DNA of 64,000 nt from Piromyces finnis finn (Eukaryota; Fungi; Neocallimastigomycota): assembly GCA_002104945.1 (NCBI GenBank), contig MCFH01000010.1:620001-684000 (forward strand), in the 5' to 3' direction. Shown here piece by piece: positions 15,378 to 32,931 of this stretch. A program made the position numbers and the translations under genes. Position 1 is the first letter of the stretch. Every line of letters begins with the position of its first letter. Below the pieces are notes generated by a model. The model was given only the letters and a program-made list of their open reading frames with translations, was not told the origin of the DNA and made no database searches.

Positions 15378-18275
15378 TTAACATCCAGCTAAAATAATAT
15401 GGCTCTTCTTTATTTTTCTTTTATATGACAGTCTCTTTAGCATCAACTCTGTATGATATACTTGTAATTCTTCTACTTGTCTTTTAAGGTTTTCAGTTTC
15501 ATCCTAGTCACAGTTAAAAAAATAATATTATTATTAAATTCAATGATATAAATATATAAATATAATTAATTTAAAAAATGATTATATTACATACAACTTT
15601 ATTTTCAAAATCTATCAACAATATTCGGTTTCCTAATAATCCATGTTTTTGTCTTAAAATTTGAGTATTACGTTTTAATTTATCTCTAGATTGTTTTATA
15701 GCTGGTAAAGTATCTCTTTGTTTTGTTACTTTTTCATCAAGTTCTTTTAATTCGTCTTTCAAATGAACATTTTCAGCCTGTACAAATTGTAATTTTTCTT
15801 TAACATGGGTTAATACTTGAACAATGTTATTTATTTTTTTTCTTAATTTTAATAATTCCTAAAAAAATAAATAAATATGAAAATAATAATTATTAATATT
15901 TGATCAAATGTTACTATGAAAATAATATATTTATATAAATATCAAATGATATACCTCATTTCTTTCTTCAATTTTTTCATTATATGTTTGATTTTCAATT
16001 TTTAATTGTTCGAAATCAATTAAATGTAAACCATCGGCCAATTCTTCCTATTTATATTAAAATGAGTATTAAGTATTTAATAAAGTAAATTCATTAAACC
16101 AATATATATATATAATAAACTTACTTTTTGTCGAAGTAGTGATTCCTGTCTTCGTAATTTATTTTGTAATCTTATATTTTCTAATCTTGCTGCTGTAACT
16201 ATTTCATCTTTTTTCTTTTCTAATCCCTCTAATTGTTCAAATATTTTTAATGAAAATTCACTTCCTGCTCTTGAACTTTTAGCATTTTGAGTAACATGCT
16301 GTTTTTGTTTATAAAAATCTTGATATAATTTATCTGATTCTTGTTTTTTTTCTTGTAATTTTTCTTTGTAGCTATTTGCAATTTCTTGTTTTTTATTGTT
16401 AATATCATCATATTCGTTCTTAAGCTCTTTATACTCATACATAGAACTTAAGTATCTTTGTTCCTGATCATTCATTGATTTATCACCATCACGATGCTCA
16501 TCCGGCTTTAGTTTTTAATCAAATAATTATAGTCAATTAGTTATAATATATTTAACAATATAAATAATATATATTATAATTATATTTACTCTTTTTTTCC
16601 TGAAGAGTTCATATAACTTATTTTGCAAAAAGAGATTTTTAGTATTATTACGTTCATATTTTTCTATTTCGAGTTTTAAAGTTTCAATAAACTGTTCACG
16701 ATCGATTTCATTAGAATTTTCTTCATTTTCAGCATCTCCATCTTCTTCTTTTTTCTTACTCTTATCATCATCACCTTCTTTACTTTTATTTTCATTGTCA
16801 CCATCTTCATCAAAAGATATTTTTGATGAATGAATTGAATTTTTACTTCCATCAAGATCAAATTGAGAATTATCTTCATTTCCTTTAGTAAAATAATCAG
16901 CAAATTCATCAATATTTTCTGAATTAATTGGTGTTTCACTTCTTAATATTTCAAATGTTTCATTCATAAATTCTTCATGCTTTTTTTTATTTTCTTCTTC
17001 TTTTAATTCTTGTTCTTCTTCATCCTCACTTGTTATATCCTCTATTTTTGATACTTCTGATAAATTTATACCAAAAGATAAAATCGGAACATCAATAATA
17101 TTTGATATGTCTATATTACTTTCAATTTTTTTTAAAAGTTCTTCATCTGTTAATATTTTAATATTATCATCCTCAATTTTATTTTCATCGTCTTTATTAA
17201 CTTCATTTTCTTTCTTTGTTTCTTCTAATTTTTTTTCTTCTTGGTTATCATTTATACTTTCATTATTTTCATTTTTTTTCTCATCTTCTATTTCATCTTT
17301 ATTTTCATTACTATTTTCAATATTTTCTTTCCCTTCATTCTCACATTTTTCTTCTATATCTCTTTCTAACTCATCTTGTTCCTTTTTTGCTTCATTTAAT
17401 AAGTTTTGTTTTACATTTTCTATATAATCGGATAATTGTGGTATCCATGTAAAAGTTGAATTTTCATCAATAATTGGAGGTGTCATTATATCTTTAATTA
17501 ATGGTTCATCATAATAATCAATATCTGAATCCGAAAACCCATATTCATTGAAAGAATCTTCATTTTCTTGTATTTTTGTAGTTTCTTCGTCAGATAAATT
17601 CAATTTTTTGTTTTCTTGATTTTCTTCTATATTATTATTATTTTCTTCTTCTTCTTCTTCTTCTTTTTCTTCTCTTTTATCATCTTGTTGATTTATAGAT
17701 TTTATTGTTTTTTTACTTTTCTTCTTTGAAAGTTTTTTCTTCTTCTTTTTTTCGATCTTTTCGATTGAGTGATCAATTTCTTTTAATGTATTTTCAATAC
17801 TATTACCTAATTTTTCTTCGACTTCTTTATCCTTCTCTTCAGATAATGGTTCATTATTTTCTGAAATTGCTTCAACATTGTTATTTTCAGAATTATCATC
17901 TTTTTTTTCATCAGTACTTTCAGATAAGGGCTCTTTAATTTCTTGTGAAACTAAATTTATTGAACTTTTTTCATTTGACTGTGATTCAATATTATTTGTT
18001 AATCCGGTTTCTTATGTAAATAAAAATTATATATTTAATATGTTATTTTTTATTTTTATTATATGTTTTAATGTTAATATAGTTATATTATTACATATTG
18101 AATATATATTTACTGTTTTAATACCTTTATTCAAAGATAATGTTGACTATATAAAATGAATTATATAAAATAATAATTATATAATAATATATAGTATAAA
18201 CAAAATTATTTCTATAAAGCTGTTACTGTTAATATCTTAGCATTAAATAATAATTACCTTTTTTTCACTTGTCAT
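15378..18275 (-). CDS. CCDC96: Cilia/flagella coiled-coil protein CCDC96/CFAP184 (DUF4201) with long acidic N-terminus
   Basis: EEWADGLHLIDFEQLKIENQTYNEKIEERNEELLKLR..VLTHVKEKL..GLLG is the CCDC96 signature; EQRYL motif; two tiny first exons (MTSEKK, STLSLNK) splice in frame onto the large exon 16590-18010. Confidence 0.88.
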
Positions 18276-18841
18276 TCTTAATATTTATTCTATACAATCA
18301 TAAAATTTTATAAGAAAAATTATTAAAAGAATTATTTTAATTATTAGTGAACATTCTTATATATCCTTTTTTAACATTTCGCAAATATCATAAAAAAAAC
18401 TTTAAAACTTTAATTTTCTAAAAACTATTTGTAAAAATTGTTGAATTGTATATATAACCTTATATTAAATTATTAATTAATTTATAAAACCTATTTATAT
18501 TTAAATTTTTTTATTAATTTTTTATTATATCTCAAATTTCCAAAATCGATAAAATAATTATAATAATAATAATAATTAAAAAAAAAAAAAAAAAAGCAGT
18601 AATTACCATATAACCTATAATTAAATAATTTTATTGATTAAACTTTTTAAATTATTATTGGACATCTAAAAATAAAAGTAAATACTATTTTTTTATATAT
18701 AATTATTCATAAAATATTATTTTTCAGTAATAAAAAAAAAAAAAAAAAAGAAATGAAAAAACAGAGCAAAATTATTAACTAAATATTAACAAAAATAATT
18801 ACATTTTCTTTATTTTATATAATTTAAAAACTTTATAAATA

Positions 18842-22845
<4,004 letters not shown>

Positions 22846-23091
22846 ATATAAAAAATAATAAGTAATTAATTGATTATAATAATATATACACAAATAAATA
22901 TAAAAAATAATAATAATAATAAAATTGAATAAAGGTTATTCAATTTTATTATATTTCTTATAATTATGATTTATTATTATCTCTCAATTACATTTATTCA
23001 TCTCTTATCCTTTTATTATTATTATTATTAATATTATTAATATTATTATTTTATATTTTATTTTTATTTACATAAAAAGTAATAATAATAA

Positions 23092-23122
<31 letters not shown>

Positions 23123-23595
23123 AAAACTTATATATAAATACACTAATTATTAAAAAAAAAAATAATAATACAATTTTATATTTGACTATACATGATAATT
23201 ATATATATATATATATATATTTTTATATTAAGTTTATTAATTATGAAATTTTATGAGCAATAATTTTATAATCTAAAAATTAATAGATAAAATATATTTA
23301 TATATTCACAATTTTATTCAAAGAAAATATAAAATTTTTTTACTGCTGAAATTTATATATTAAATAAATATTTAAAAAAAAAATCTATATTAATAAATAT
23401 GAATTTAGAAGTACAAAAGTACTGACTTTAAAAAATGAAATAAAATTAATAAATTAATTATTAAATATAAAATTGTATGAATTGAACATTTTTATAATAT
23501 TGTGAAATATATAAAAACTGGTTTGAAATAAATAATATAAATAATACATCATTTTATAAATATTTAAATATATGAATTGCCCAATTTTTAATTGT

Positions 23596-24995
23596 CTACC
23601 ATTGTTGGGTAACTTCATTCTTTTCATTTTCTTGTTCATATTCAATTTCAATATGAGCTTCTATTATAATAATTATTAAATATAAATAATAAAATTAATT
23701 TAGCACTTGTTTATAAATTTTTCAAAACAAAATAACTATAATTATAATCATATAATATTTACTCTTTTGGCGTTTCCTTGAAGCGCCTTTACCCTTAATT
23801 GGACGTTTTCCTTTCTTATCAGCTTTATCTTCATCTGATTCATCTGATTCATCTTCAGATTCTTCATCTGATTCATCTCCTTCATTATCCTCTTCATCAA
23901 ACTCATCTTCATCACCATACATATCTTCAATATCATCTTCTGCGTCACTAATATCAGAGACAAATTCACGCTATTTAATTAGAAATACATTGAAATATTA
24001 CATATATTACAAAATTAACAAAGAATTAATATAATAAAATCATATTTTATAATTAATATTAATATTATAACAAGTTAAATATTAAACTATATAATTTATA
24101 TAATTATTTTTATAATTACTTCATCAAAGTCTTCAATTTCTTCTTCTTCTTCAAGTTCATCTTCTTCATAATCTTCTTCAGCGTCTTCCAAACTTTCTAA
24201 AGCCTTAGTAAATACTTCTTGACGTTCATTCATAACGCTATCATCGTAAATACCTTTCTTTAATCTTTCAAGTAATTCTTGTTCAATTACATGATCCAAT
24301 CTAGCAGCAGCTTCAGCCTTAAGTTCACGTTTAGCTTCTCTCTTTTCAACCTTCTTTTTAATACCAACTAATTTTGTTCTTTAAAAAAAAAGTTATAACA
24401 AAAATATAATTTAATTAATTAAATTCAAAATTACAAAAGAAATAATTTCAATTAAGAACATACTTTGATTTTAATTTCAATCTTCTCATTCTAATTAAAT
24501 ATTGAGTTATCTTAGTAAGTCTTTGTTTACATTTATGTATAATGAATGGTTGCCAATATTGTAATTCACTATCAATTTGTTCAAGAGCTTTTGTATAATT
24601 ATTTGAAAGTTTTACTTTTTCCCAAAGTTTTGCTGGTGAATGTGCTCTTTCAATAGTTTTCATATATAAATATAATACACCATCAATTTCTTTAATTGTT
24701 GCATATCTACTATTTGCTAAAGGACAGGATTGACGATTACATAAACCAGTTACATTGTATTCATTTCTACAAAAATTTTGTGATTTTGTTCTATTTAAAT
24801 AGTATTTATATAAATATGATTATAAATTTGAAAAATAACATTAAAATTTTAAGCTCATAAAAAAGGAAATTTAATTAATATATATTAATTTTTTTTTTTT
24901 AAAAAAAAAAAAAAGAAAGAAAGAAAAATATACTTTATTTTATATGAACAAAAGTGTTGATTAACACATTGCCAAATAACTTCATCGCACTGCAT
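23596..24995 (-). CDS. MAK16: Ribosome biogenesis protein Mak16
   Basis: [78 protein letters not shown]; acidic tail ending HIEIEYEQE. Confidence 0.96.
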
Positions 24996-27387
24996 GGCTT
25001 ATTATATATAGTATTAATAATATATTTAATTAAAATTTAATTATGAAAGGATTTATGGTATCTTTGAATTAGATAAGTATGAAAATTTCGATTTGTCGAT
25101 TTTAAATGTAATACTGAAAAAATAAAATAATGTAAAAATATTTAATTTTCCATTAAAATTTACTTTTTTATGGAAAATTATATATCACCAATTTTTTTAT
25201 TTTTCTACTGGATTAATATATATTTCCTATTAATATGTAAAATTATGTCTTATAAAATTATAATATATTTCTCAAGATAAAATTAATAGATTATTTAGAT
25301 CCTTTCTAAAGTTTAATTTCTTTTTATCAAGTTATAGTAAAATAATGTATTAAAATTTCAATAATTAATTATTAATAATTATTTTGAAATTTAATATATT
25401 TTAAAAAAATGTTTACAAAAAAAAAAAAAAGAAAATAGATTTATATATATTATCCAATCATAATTATAGTGGCTAATTGATCAATAATAACAATTTTTTC
25501 AAATTTTAAATTTAAAACTTTGAAAGATTCAAAAAAAAAAATACTAAAAGAAAATATAAGAAAATAAAAATATGAAATACTGAAATTGAAACTAATATAA
25601 TAAAAGATTTATTTTTCATAATAAATATATAACTCTATTTCGAATTTTATAAAAAGTTTATAGTTTTTTAATGTTTAATGTCATTATTATATTTTTATAT
25701 AAAAATAATAATATATAACTATATATTAATTATGTTCATTAATAAGTTTTTTTTTCTATAGTTTAAAAATTAATTATATTTATTCTACTATAAAATAATT
25801 TCTATTTAAGATTATTATTTTAATCTTTAATAAATTAAAATTAGTTTCTTTTTAAACCAATAGCATTGAAATATATTATTATTTAATTTTTAATATTTCT
25901 ATATATAATAAAATTTTGTTTTTTTTTAATTTGAAAAATTAAATATTTTTTAAATATTATATAATATCATGTGATATATATATTAAAAATAATTATATAA
26001 GCCTCTTTAAATTTATTAACTTATAATATAAGATTCTTTATCTATGATATACGATATATTTCATATATATATTCATGGCTAATAAATATATTTACTAGAA
26101 ATTAATTCATTCAAAATTTTAAAATTTTAAATAATACGAGGCAAAGTTATACATTATTATTAAGGTAGTACAGCGATCAATTTAACTAACTTTTTTGAAT
26201 TTTTTAAGAACAATAATAATTTTTATATTTCATTTAGTTTTATACTATATACCTAAAAGAGTAGAATTAAAAAAAAAAAAAATCTCTGTAAATATGTAAA
26301 TATTATATACATAAAATATGAAATAGAAATATTAAAATGAAAATAAATGGAAAAAATAAACTATTACTAAATTAAAGTATAATACAAATTTTCTAATTCT
26401 TGTTTTATATCTTTGCATAATATCATGATAGTTGATTTTAGTATAAAGATAACACATATTTTTTAATATTAATATTATAAAATATATATAATTAAAGTTG
26501 AGTACAAAATTATTTTTTAATATAAATTTTATACAAAGATTCTATTTAATACTCATAATTTAATTAAAATAATTATTACATATAAAGATAAACATTATTA
26601 AAATAAATAAGACTATAAGACTATATTTAATAATAAAAAAGTATTTCTTGTGTTTTTTCTTTTATTAAAAAAGTAAAATAGTAAATAGAAAAAAATAATT
26701 TATAATACAATTATTAATATTATAAATTTTTTTTTTTTTCATTTATTTCTTTTTCTTTTAAACTTTACTCTTTAATTAAACTAATATAGATTAATTTACA
26801 CTGTAACTTTTATTTATAAAACATTTATTATTTATTACCTTTATTAGTTATTATAAATTACATATATTTAGATTTTGATTCAATAACTAATATAAATATA
26901 TAATTCAAGTAAATATTAAAAAATGAATTAATGTTAATAATGAATTTTGATAATATTTTATATTCTTTAATTACTAATAAACCTTTTAAAAAAAAAAAAA
27001 AAAACATATTTTTTAATTTTTATTTTATTTAATTATATTAAAAACAAATAATAAATATTTTGATTTAAAATAAATAATTATAATTTATACAACTTTATCA
27101 AATTCTAATCTAATAATATTTTATCTAATTTTATCTATATATTTCTTTTGCTTACTGTAAAAATTGGAATAATAAGAAAAAAATAAATAACAAAAAAAAA
27201 AAAAGATTATTATTATTATTATATACAATAAAATCCTATGTAAAAGTTTTTTTAAAAAAAATAATATTGCATTAAGACAAAAAAGAATAATAATAATAAT
27301 TCAAAATAAAATTTAAAAAATTCAGAAATAAAAAATATAAATAATTAATATATTTTAAATAAATTCAGCATATATAATATTTAATTA

Positions 27388-29342
27388 ATGTCTCGACATC
27401 GAAAAAATAATTCTAAAATTAACACCACTGATAATAATAAAATGGCAAAAAAGAATACTTCACAACTTTCAATTCAAAAATTTATAGTAACAAGTCCAAG
27501 GAATTCTTCATTACAAACTTTTGATAATAGTAAATATCTTTTAAAAATTATTACAAATATAAATTTATGATTTTATATTAATTATATTATTGTTGATTTG
27601 ATATCTAGCCCAATCCTTATCTACAAGTAGTACTCAAAATAAATCATTACTATCAAAAAAAGTAAATAATAAAGAAAAATCAAAATTTAGAAATGCTGTA
27701 TTATCCCCAAAATTAAAATTAAAATCAAATAAAAAAAAGAAGAGATTAAGTAAAGAAGAAAAAAAGAAAAAGAAGAATTCTAATTCTCAACAACTAAGTC
27801 TATTATCTTTTTTTTCACCAGCATATCATTTATTTAAAAAAATATCAAGTAATAATTATATATTTTAAATATAGTAGAATTTAATAAATAAAATTTATCC
27901 ATGTTAAATTAATCTTGTTTTAAATTTAAAATTTAAAGGTCCTTTTAAAAATGATAAAAATGGAAAGGTTAATCAAAATCCAACAGATTCAGCAATTGAA
28001 ATGGATTGTAATATAGTAAAAGACAATAAAAAAGAAAATGAAAATGAAATTGAAGTAGATGATTATATTAGGATTGATGATGATATAGAAGATGATGTTG
28101 ATGATTATGACTATGATGAATTTGATCCGTATGTATTAAATAAAAATTAAATTAATTCTACTCAACTATTAAATTAATATTATTATATATGTAAATAAAG
28201 ATTTGACTTTATTAGAAGCTTGCCACCACTAGAGCCATACAGAGATCCAAGTAATCTAAATTTTAATTACTTCTAAAATGATTTTCAAAAAATAAATTTA
28301 GAATTTATTATTAATAATATATATTAAAATATAATATAGTATTACCACCAAAACCTGAAAATAGTCCAGAAATAACATTGGTATTAGATCTTGATGAAAC
28401 ATTAGTCCATTGTACTACAACAGAAATGGATGAATATGATGTTATGTTCCCTGTTGAACTTAATGGTCAGCAATTCCAAGTATCTGGTCGTTATAGACCA
28501 TATTGCTCAGAATTTTTAGAAAAAGTTGCAGAAATGTTTGAAGTTATCATATTTACAGCATCTCAAAAAGTTTATGGTAATAATAATAAATTTAAGAATT
28601 TTTAAAGTTTTATTACAATTTAATACATAATATATTAAGAAAATATTTTTTTTATAAATTATAAAGCCGATACATTATTAGATTTTATGGATCCATCTCA
28701 TAAACTTATTTCTCATAGACTTTTTAGAGATGAGTGTAAGTTTTTTTTTTTTATTCATTTATTTTTTTGCTTTTTGTTTTTGCTTTTGATTGTAAATTTA
28801 AATTTTAATTAAATAATAAGGATAACTAAAATATATAATACTATTTCATAATAATAGGTGTTACTGTATATGGAAATTATTTGAAGGTAATAGTAATGTT
28901 GTAATAAAAAAAAAATGAAAAAATGAAATAAATATATAACGAAATTTTATTATTAAAAATAAAATAGGATTTAAGTGTTCTAGGTAGAGATCTTTCTAAA
29001 ACAATAATTATTGATAATTCAATATATGCATTTGGTTATCAACTTGAAAATGGTATTCCAATTACTTCATGGTATAGTGATAAAAATGATAAAGAATTAC
29101 TTTGTGTTCTTGAATTTTTAGAATCTATAGTTGGAGTTTATGACGTAAGACCATATTTAAAAGAAAAATATAACTTAATTGATCGTGCAAATGCTTCATA
29201 CAATCGTTATAATAATGATACAATAAATGATGATTCATCTTCAATAGTACCAAATACACCAACAAGAGCAGCTTCTGCATCTTCAGCGAGTTTTATTACT
29301 TCATCACCTCAACAAAAATCACCAGTTTTATACAATAAGTAA
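27388..29342 (+). CDS. CTDSPL2: HAD-family CTD small phosphatase, CTDSPL2/SCP4 type
   Basis: [12 protein letters not shown] catalytic DxDxT; [39 protein letters not shown]; upstream FFSPAYHLF and [14 protein letters not shown] resemble CTDSPL2 motifs. Confidence 0.88.
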
Positions 29343-31850
29343 AAAAATTTTTTTTAAAAAAAAAAAAGATATTTTCAATACATTTGATATACAAAAATAA
29401 TAATTACATAATAAGAAAACGAAAAGTAAATTAAATGTATAATCACTAATAATAGTAATTATTATTTAATATATCTAACAGAATGCTAAATTTATTAAAA
29501 TATACTTAATTGACTAACAAACAAAAATATAATAAATAAATAAAAATAATCACTTTTTTTTAAAATTTTGAAACCGTTGATATATTTACGATAACAATTA
29601 AATTAAAATTTTTAGTATAAAAGTTTTAACTTTTCAATAATTAATATTAACATTATAAACAGGTAAATTTTAGAAAATAGAAAAATATAGAACGGTATTA
29701 AAATAGTATATATAAAACAAAACTAAAAGTGGTGAAAAATAAAATATAAAAATCAATGAAAATAAAAAAAAATATCTAAACACCTATTCTATTAACGTTG
29801 ATGGGAAAATGGTGAAATAGATCAATATCAGTAATAAATATAAAAATAACAAATATTTTAAGCATCTTTATAATTCAATTTTTTATAAAATTTACAAAAA
29901 ATCAATTGTAAGATGAGTCTTTAAAATCAATAATGAAAAACCACTAATAAAAATTAAATGGATGAATAAAAGTTATCAAGTTAATAATTAATTTAAAATT
30001 AATTTAAATAAAGAAATCAAAATCAAATCGATTAAATAGTTTTAAGTATATATTTCTTTTTTCTATTTAATTTGATGAAGAAAATTGAAAACACAAAAAA
30101 GAAAAGAGAAAAAGAAAAAGAATTTGTTTAAAAAATTATATAGATAAAATAATTTTTATTATTATATCAATTATTATTATTTATTATTAAACGAAAAAAA
30201 AAAAAATAATAATAACCAATCTTTATTTTATTATTATATACATCTAATAATTAATATAATTAATAACAATTTTGTTTTATTTAATTCTTTATATATTTTT
30301 TTTATTTCATTTTTTCTTTTATTTTCACCTTTTTAATATATATGTACATATATAAAAAATAGGAAAATTTAAAAAAAAAAAAAAAAAAAAAAAGGAATAA
30401 ATAAAAATATAAACCACAATAATAGTAATAATAATAATAATTGTTAATAATTAATAATTTTTATAATGCTTATATAAAAAAAATAAATTACAATAAATAT
30501 TATACTGGATTTATAAAATATTTAAAATATTTAAAAGGGAACAACAAATGAAAAACTTTATATAAAGAATGGTAAAATAGTATAAAATAAAAATTTCCTT
30601 TTTTAATACTTCTATATTTACATATAATAAAATAATTTTCTTATTTTATATATATAATATTTGTTTTATTTTTATTTCTTTTTATTACCCAAATAATTTA
30701 AAAAAAAAAAAAAAAAAAAAAAAGATTTAGTTGAAATTATATCTCAACTTTTCTTTTTTTTTTATTATTATTATTACCTTAATAGTTATTTTTAATTTTT
30801 TATTTTTCTATCATTACCAATTTTGTTTTTTTTTTTCAACCTTAAAATATCAAAACCTTAAATATATCAAAAATGCTTTTACCCTTAACACTTTAACACT
30901 TTTTTATAGTTTTAATTAATAATATTTGTTGGATATAATAGTTATATATCAGAATTATTTATATAATTCTTATTAACATAAATATTTTTTTTATGTATTA
31001 AATGTAATGTTCATTTATTATTGTATTTTAATTAATAAAATTTTTTTAATGATAAGATATAATTTGTTTATTGAAAATTAATTTATTGTGTTTGCCTTAA
31101 ATTTTTTTTTTTTTTTTTTTGATAAAGATAGAAATAAAATTAAAATATAGAGTTATCATTATTGTATTTTTTTATAAAATAAATTAAACAGATATATAGA
31201 TAATTTAAATAATAAAGAAAATATAAAATAAAAGTGAAAAAAAAAAAATAATGGTATATATTTGTTATTTATAATATATAAAGAAATTCTTTATAAATTA
31301 TAATAAAATGTTAAGAATTTAACTTTATATAATATCGATTTTCAATTTATAACCTTTAAAAAAATTGTGTAACAAATTTAAAATTAGATTTTTATAATAA
31401 TCAAAATTGTTTGAAATAAAATAATTTTAAAAATGATGTTTAACTTTCAAATTATTAATAAATTCTGAGACTCAAATTAATACTTAATATTTTAATCAAG
31501 TATTTACACTAAAGTTCAATCGGTAATTATATATTAGTTATTATTTCAATATTTATTACTTATAGCTATCAATAGATTAAGAATAAATATTAAAAACATT
31601 ATTCTATAGAATTATTCTTTATTTTTCCAATCTTAAAAAATTTCTATTAATCATTCATTATTAATTAAAGTTTATTAAATATTATAAATGATTGTGTCGT
31701 TACATCAAGAAAATTTTTGTTTTAACTAACTTTAATTAATAATAAATAATAATAAAATTTTTTTAATAGAATCTTAATTACTAATAAATTAGTTATCAGA
31801 AATTATAGTAAAAGAATTATACTTTCTCGAAGTAATATTTTTTTTTTTTT

Positions 31851-32132
31851 AGACTTCCATATATCCTCATCTAACCCCCTGAGTTATACATGGTAATGCG
31901 ATTTTACATTATTGTACATTGCCATATCAGTACGACGTCGGCACAATCACCCTTCTGGCTTATTTCTCTTAACGATCCTTTCTCACAAGACCGAGCTACC
32001 AACACTATTGATTTCCTTGAACCTTTATTAAGGATGATTAACGATGAGAACAACCCTCGAAGAACATAGTTAGTAATCTGTGAATTATTTGATACCCCTT
32101 CCTACGAATACTCTAAACGCGAAGTATATTAA
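31851..32132 (+). pseudogene. GC-elevated island with a decayed 94-codon frame of unknown origin
   Basis: About 40% GC by hand count against an extremely AT-rich background; one frame reads RLPYILI*PPELYMVMRF..NDPFSQDRATNTIDFLEPLLRMINDENNPRRT*LVICELFDTPSYEYSKREVY* with two internal stops. Confidence 0.3.
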
Positions 32133-32230
32133 TTTTATTATTTTTATTGTTAATTATTTTTTATTTATTTTTATTTAATTAGTAATTATTAGTAATTATT
32201 ATTAATAAAAAATTAAAATAATTGTATAAC

Positions 32231-32288
32231 CTCAATTGAAGCTCTAGTATGAATAGTTGAAGAAAAAACCAGTTAAGCTTCAATTGAG
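32231..32288. repeat. Perfect 13-bp inverted repeat (CTCAATTGAAGCT ... AGCTTCAATTGAG) with 32-nt spacer
   Basis: Arms at 32231-32243 and 32276-32288 are exact reverse complements. Confidence 0.9.
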
Positions 32289-32931
32289 AATTATTTTCAA
32301 TATTATATAAAAACTTTTTATTATTACTTTTAAACCTCTTTTAATGCTAATAAAAAATCAAATTTTAATTTAAACTTCAATAATTAATAAAAATTAATGA
32401 TAAAGTTTAAATATTAATTTTTATTTCTATTATATTTTCTATTATAAATAAATAAATAAAAAAAAAAAAAAAAAAAAGGAAGGTATCTTTTATTATTTTA
32501 TTAATTAGTACTAATTTTATATTTTATATTAATATATAATATTATATATTTTAGATATTTTCATACTTTAATTTTTATTTCGTATATATTTTATTATAAG
32601 TGATTTAATTTAATTATAATATAATACTATTATTTAGTATTTATTAATAAGAAATATTTTTTCGCTAATTTTATGAGTTACATTATTATAATATTGATTT
32701 TCTGTTATTATTTTTTATAATTATTTATTTTATTTAAGTATAACTATAATAATTTTATTTAATTAATTTTAAAATATTCATATTCAAAAGACTGAAAGCT
32801 TGATAAAGTATATAGATGATTATATATTTATTTATTTGAATAAAAGGATATTAAAAATATAATAATCCAAATGAAAAAATATAATGAATTATTAAACCTA
32901 AATTCGAACAAGCTCATGAATTAGTGAATCT

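Noticed and set aside
500-18375. U12-type motifs (ATATCCTT at 502-509 minus and 18361 plus, GTATCCTT at 1296, TCCTTAAC at 6486)
   Set aside because: They fall in exons, on the wrong strand or between genes; every intron I spliced is GT-AG without the U12 consensus.
18598-18616. X-box (RFX)-like ATTACCATATAAC upstream of CCDC96
   Set aside because: Mismatch plus gap against consensus, and no counterpart upstream of LRRCC1.
25075-25095. RRPE-like TGAAAATTT upstream of MAK16
   Set aside because: An all-A/T-like motif is uninformative at this base composition; no PAC motif seen.
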